The position numbers and the translations under genes were made by a program. Positions 63,733 to 64,000 of a stretch of DNA of 64,000 bases are shown piece by piece. The notes below the pieces were generated by a model. That model was not told the DNA's origin. It made no database searches and saw nothing but the letters and a program-made list of their open reading frames with translations. Source of the DNA: an uncultured Clostridia bacterium (GTDB lineage Bacteria; Bacillota; Clostridia; Christensenellales; CAG-314); the NCBI GenBank assembly GCA_944364615.1, contig CALVWF010000005.1, positions 76,311 through 140,310 on the forward strand, given 5' to 3'. Within the stretch, counting starts at the first letter, position 1. Every line of letters starts with the position of its first letter.

Positions 63733-64000
63733 TTATTTTTTGAGCTTATAACGCAGGACGGAGGCAATATCTACTTTGTAGATAATATCGATCACTCTGT
63801 CTTCGCCTTCGGTTTTAGGCGCACTGCCCACGACGATTCGGTCAATCAGTTCGTAGCACATTTCTCGAGTAAGTTCCGGCGCGTCAAAGTATTTCTTGAT
63901 GCTTCGTATAAAATCGTCGGCACTCTGCATCATATTTGACGTTTCGGTCAGCTTTGCTTCCAGCTCGGCTATTTCCGTTTCAAGTTTCTTCTGTTCTTCC
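63733..64000 (-). CDS. large serine recombinase, C-terminal end only (frame open to right window edge)
   Basis: The translation ...EEQKKLETEIAELEAKLTETSNMMQSADDFIRSIKKYFDAPELTREMCYELIDRIVVGSAPKTEGEDRVIDIIYKV is a coiled-coil followed by the DUF4368-type tail found at the C-terminus of Clostridial large serine recombinases (TndX/TnpX-like). Confidence 0.7.
   Translation of the reverse strand, partial: EEQKKLETEIAELEAKLTETSNMMQSADDFIRSIKKYFDAPELTREMCYELIDRIVVGSAPKTEGEDRVIDIIYKVDIASVLRYKLKK

Noticed and set aside
1-64000. CRISPR arrays, rRNA genes, and phage structural or T4SS genes.
   Set aside because: No regularly spaced short repeats, no rRNA-like conserved blocks, and no capsid, portal, terminase, VirB4 or relaxase signatures were seen on either strand.

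Overview
The window looks like a 64-kb stretch of a Clostridia-type (Firmicutes) gut-commensal chromosome. No rRNA genes or CRISPR arrays were found.

**1-21.8 kb: mostly housekeeping.**
- An IS30 transposase tail cut by the window edge, and an initiator tRNA-fMet.
- A trpS / DUF5685 / J-like / membrane-protein operon.
- prfA next to a fused DUF1385-PrmC gene.
- A Na/Pi cotransporter, an esterase, and a MarR regulator with a heterodimeric ABC exporter.
- An isochorismatase, and a Trp T-box leader in front of an orphan trpB.

**21.8-42.7 kb: one co-directional, roughly 20.8-kb starch/maltodextrin utilisation locus.**
- It encodes a MalEFG importer, an unusually long MalK, a secreted pullulanase and a lipoprotein GH13 amylase.
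- It also encodes four large surface proteins with CBM26-like starch-binding modules.
- One of those four carries a prepilin-type (type IV pilin-like) N-terminus instead of a lipobox. I rate this the most novel candidate system: pilin-anchored or pilus-displayed starch capture.

**43-51.7 kb:** a choloylglycine (bile-salt) hydrolase-family gene and a roughly 2,370-aa BspA-type leucine-rich-repeat lipoprotein.

**51.7-64 kb: accessory and mobile DNA.**
- Two near-identical 199-bp direct repeats each begin with a 21-nt tRNA 3'-end mimic. They bracket an AT-rich metalloprotease-like lipoprotein gene and 1.2 kb of structured non-coding DNA.
- Beyond them lies the edge of a conjugative-element-like region. 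It holds an AT-rich orphan cargo gene flanked by a duplicated roughly 170-bp module and a tightly packed operon of small proteins.
- That operon includes a stand-alone MutS-domain-I protein and a PcfJ-like protein. An XRE/SLOG gene pair and the C-terminus of a large serine recombinase follow.

All functional calls rest on motif recognition by eye. No database searches were run.
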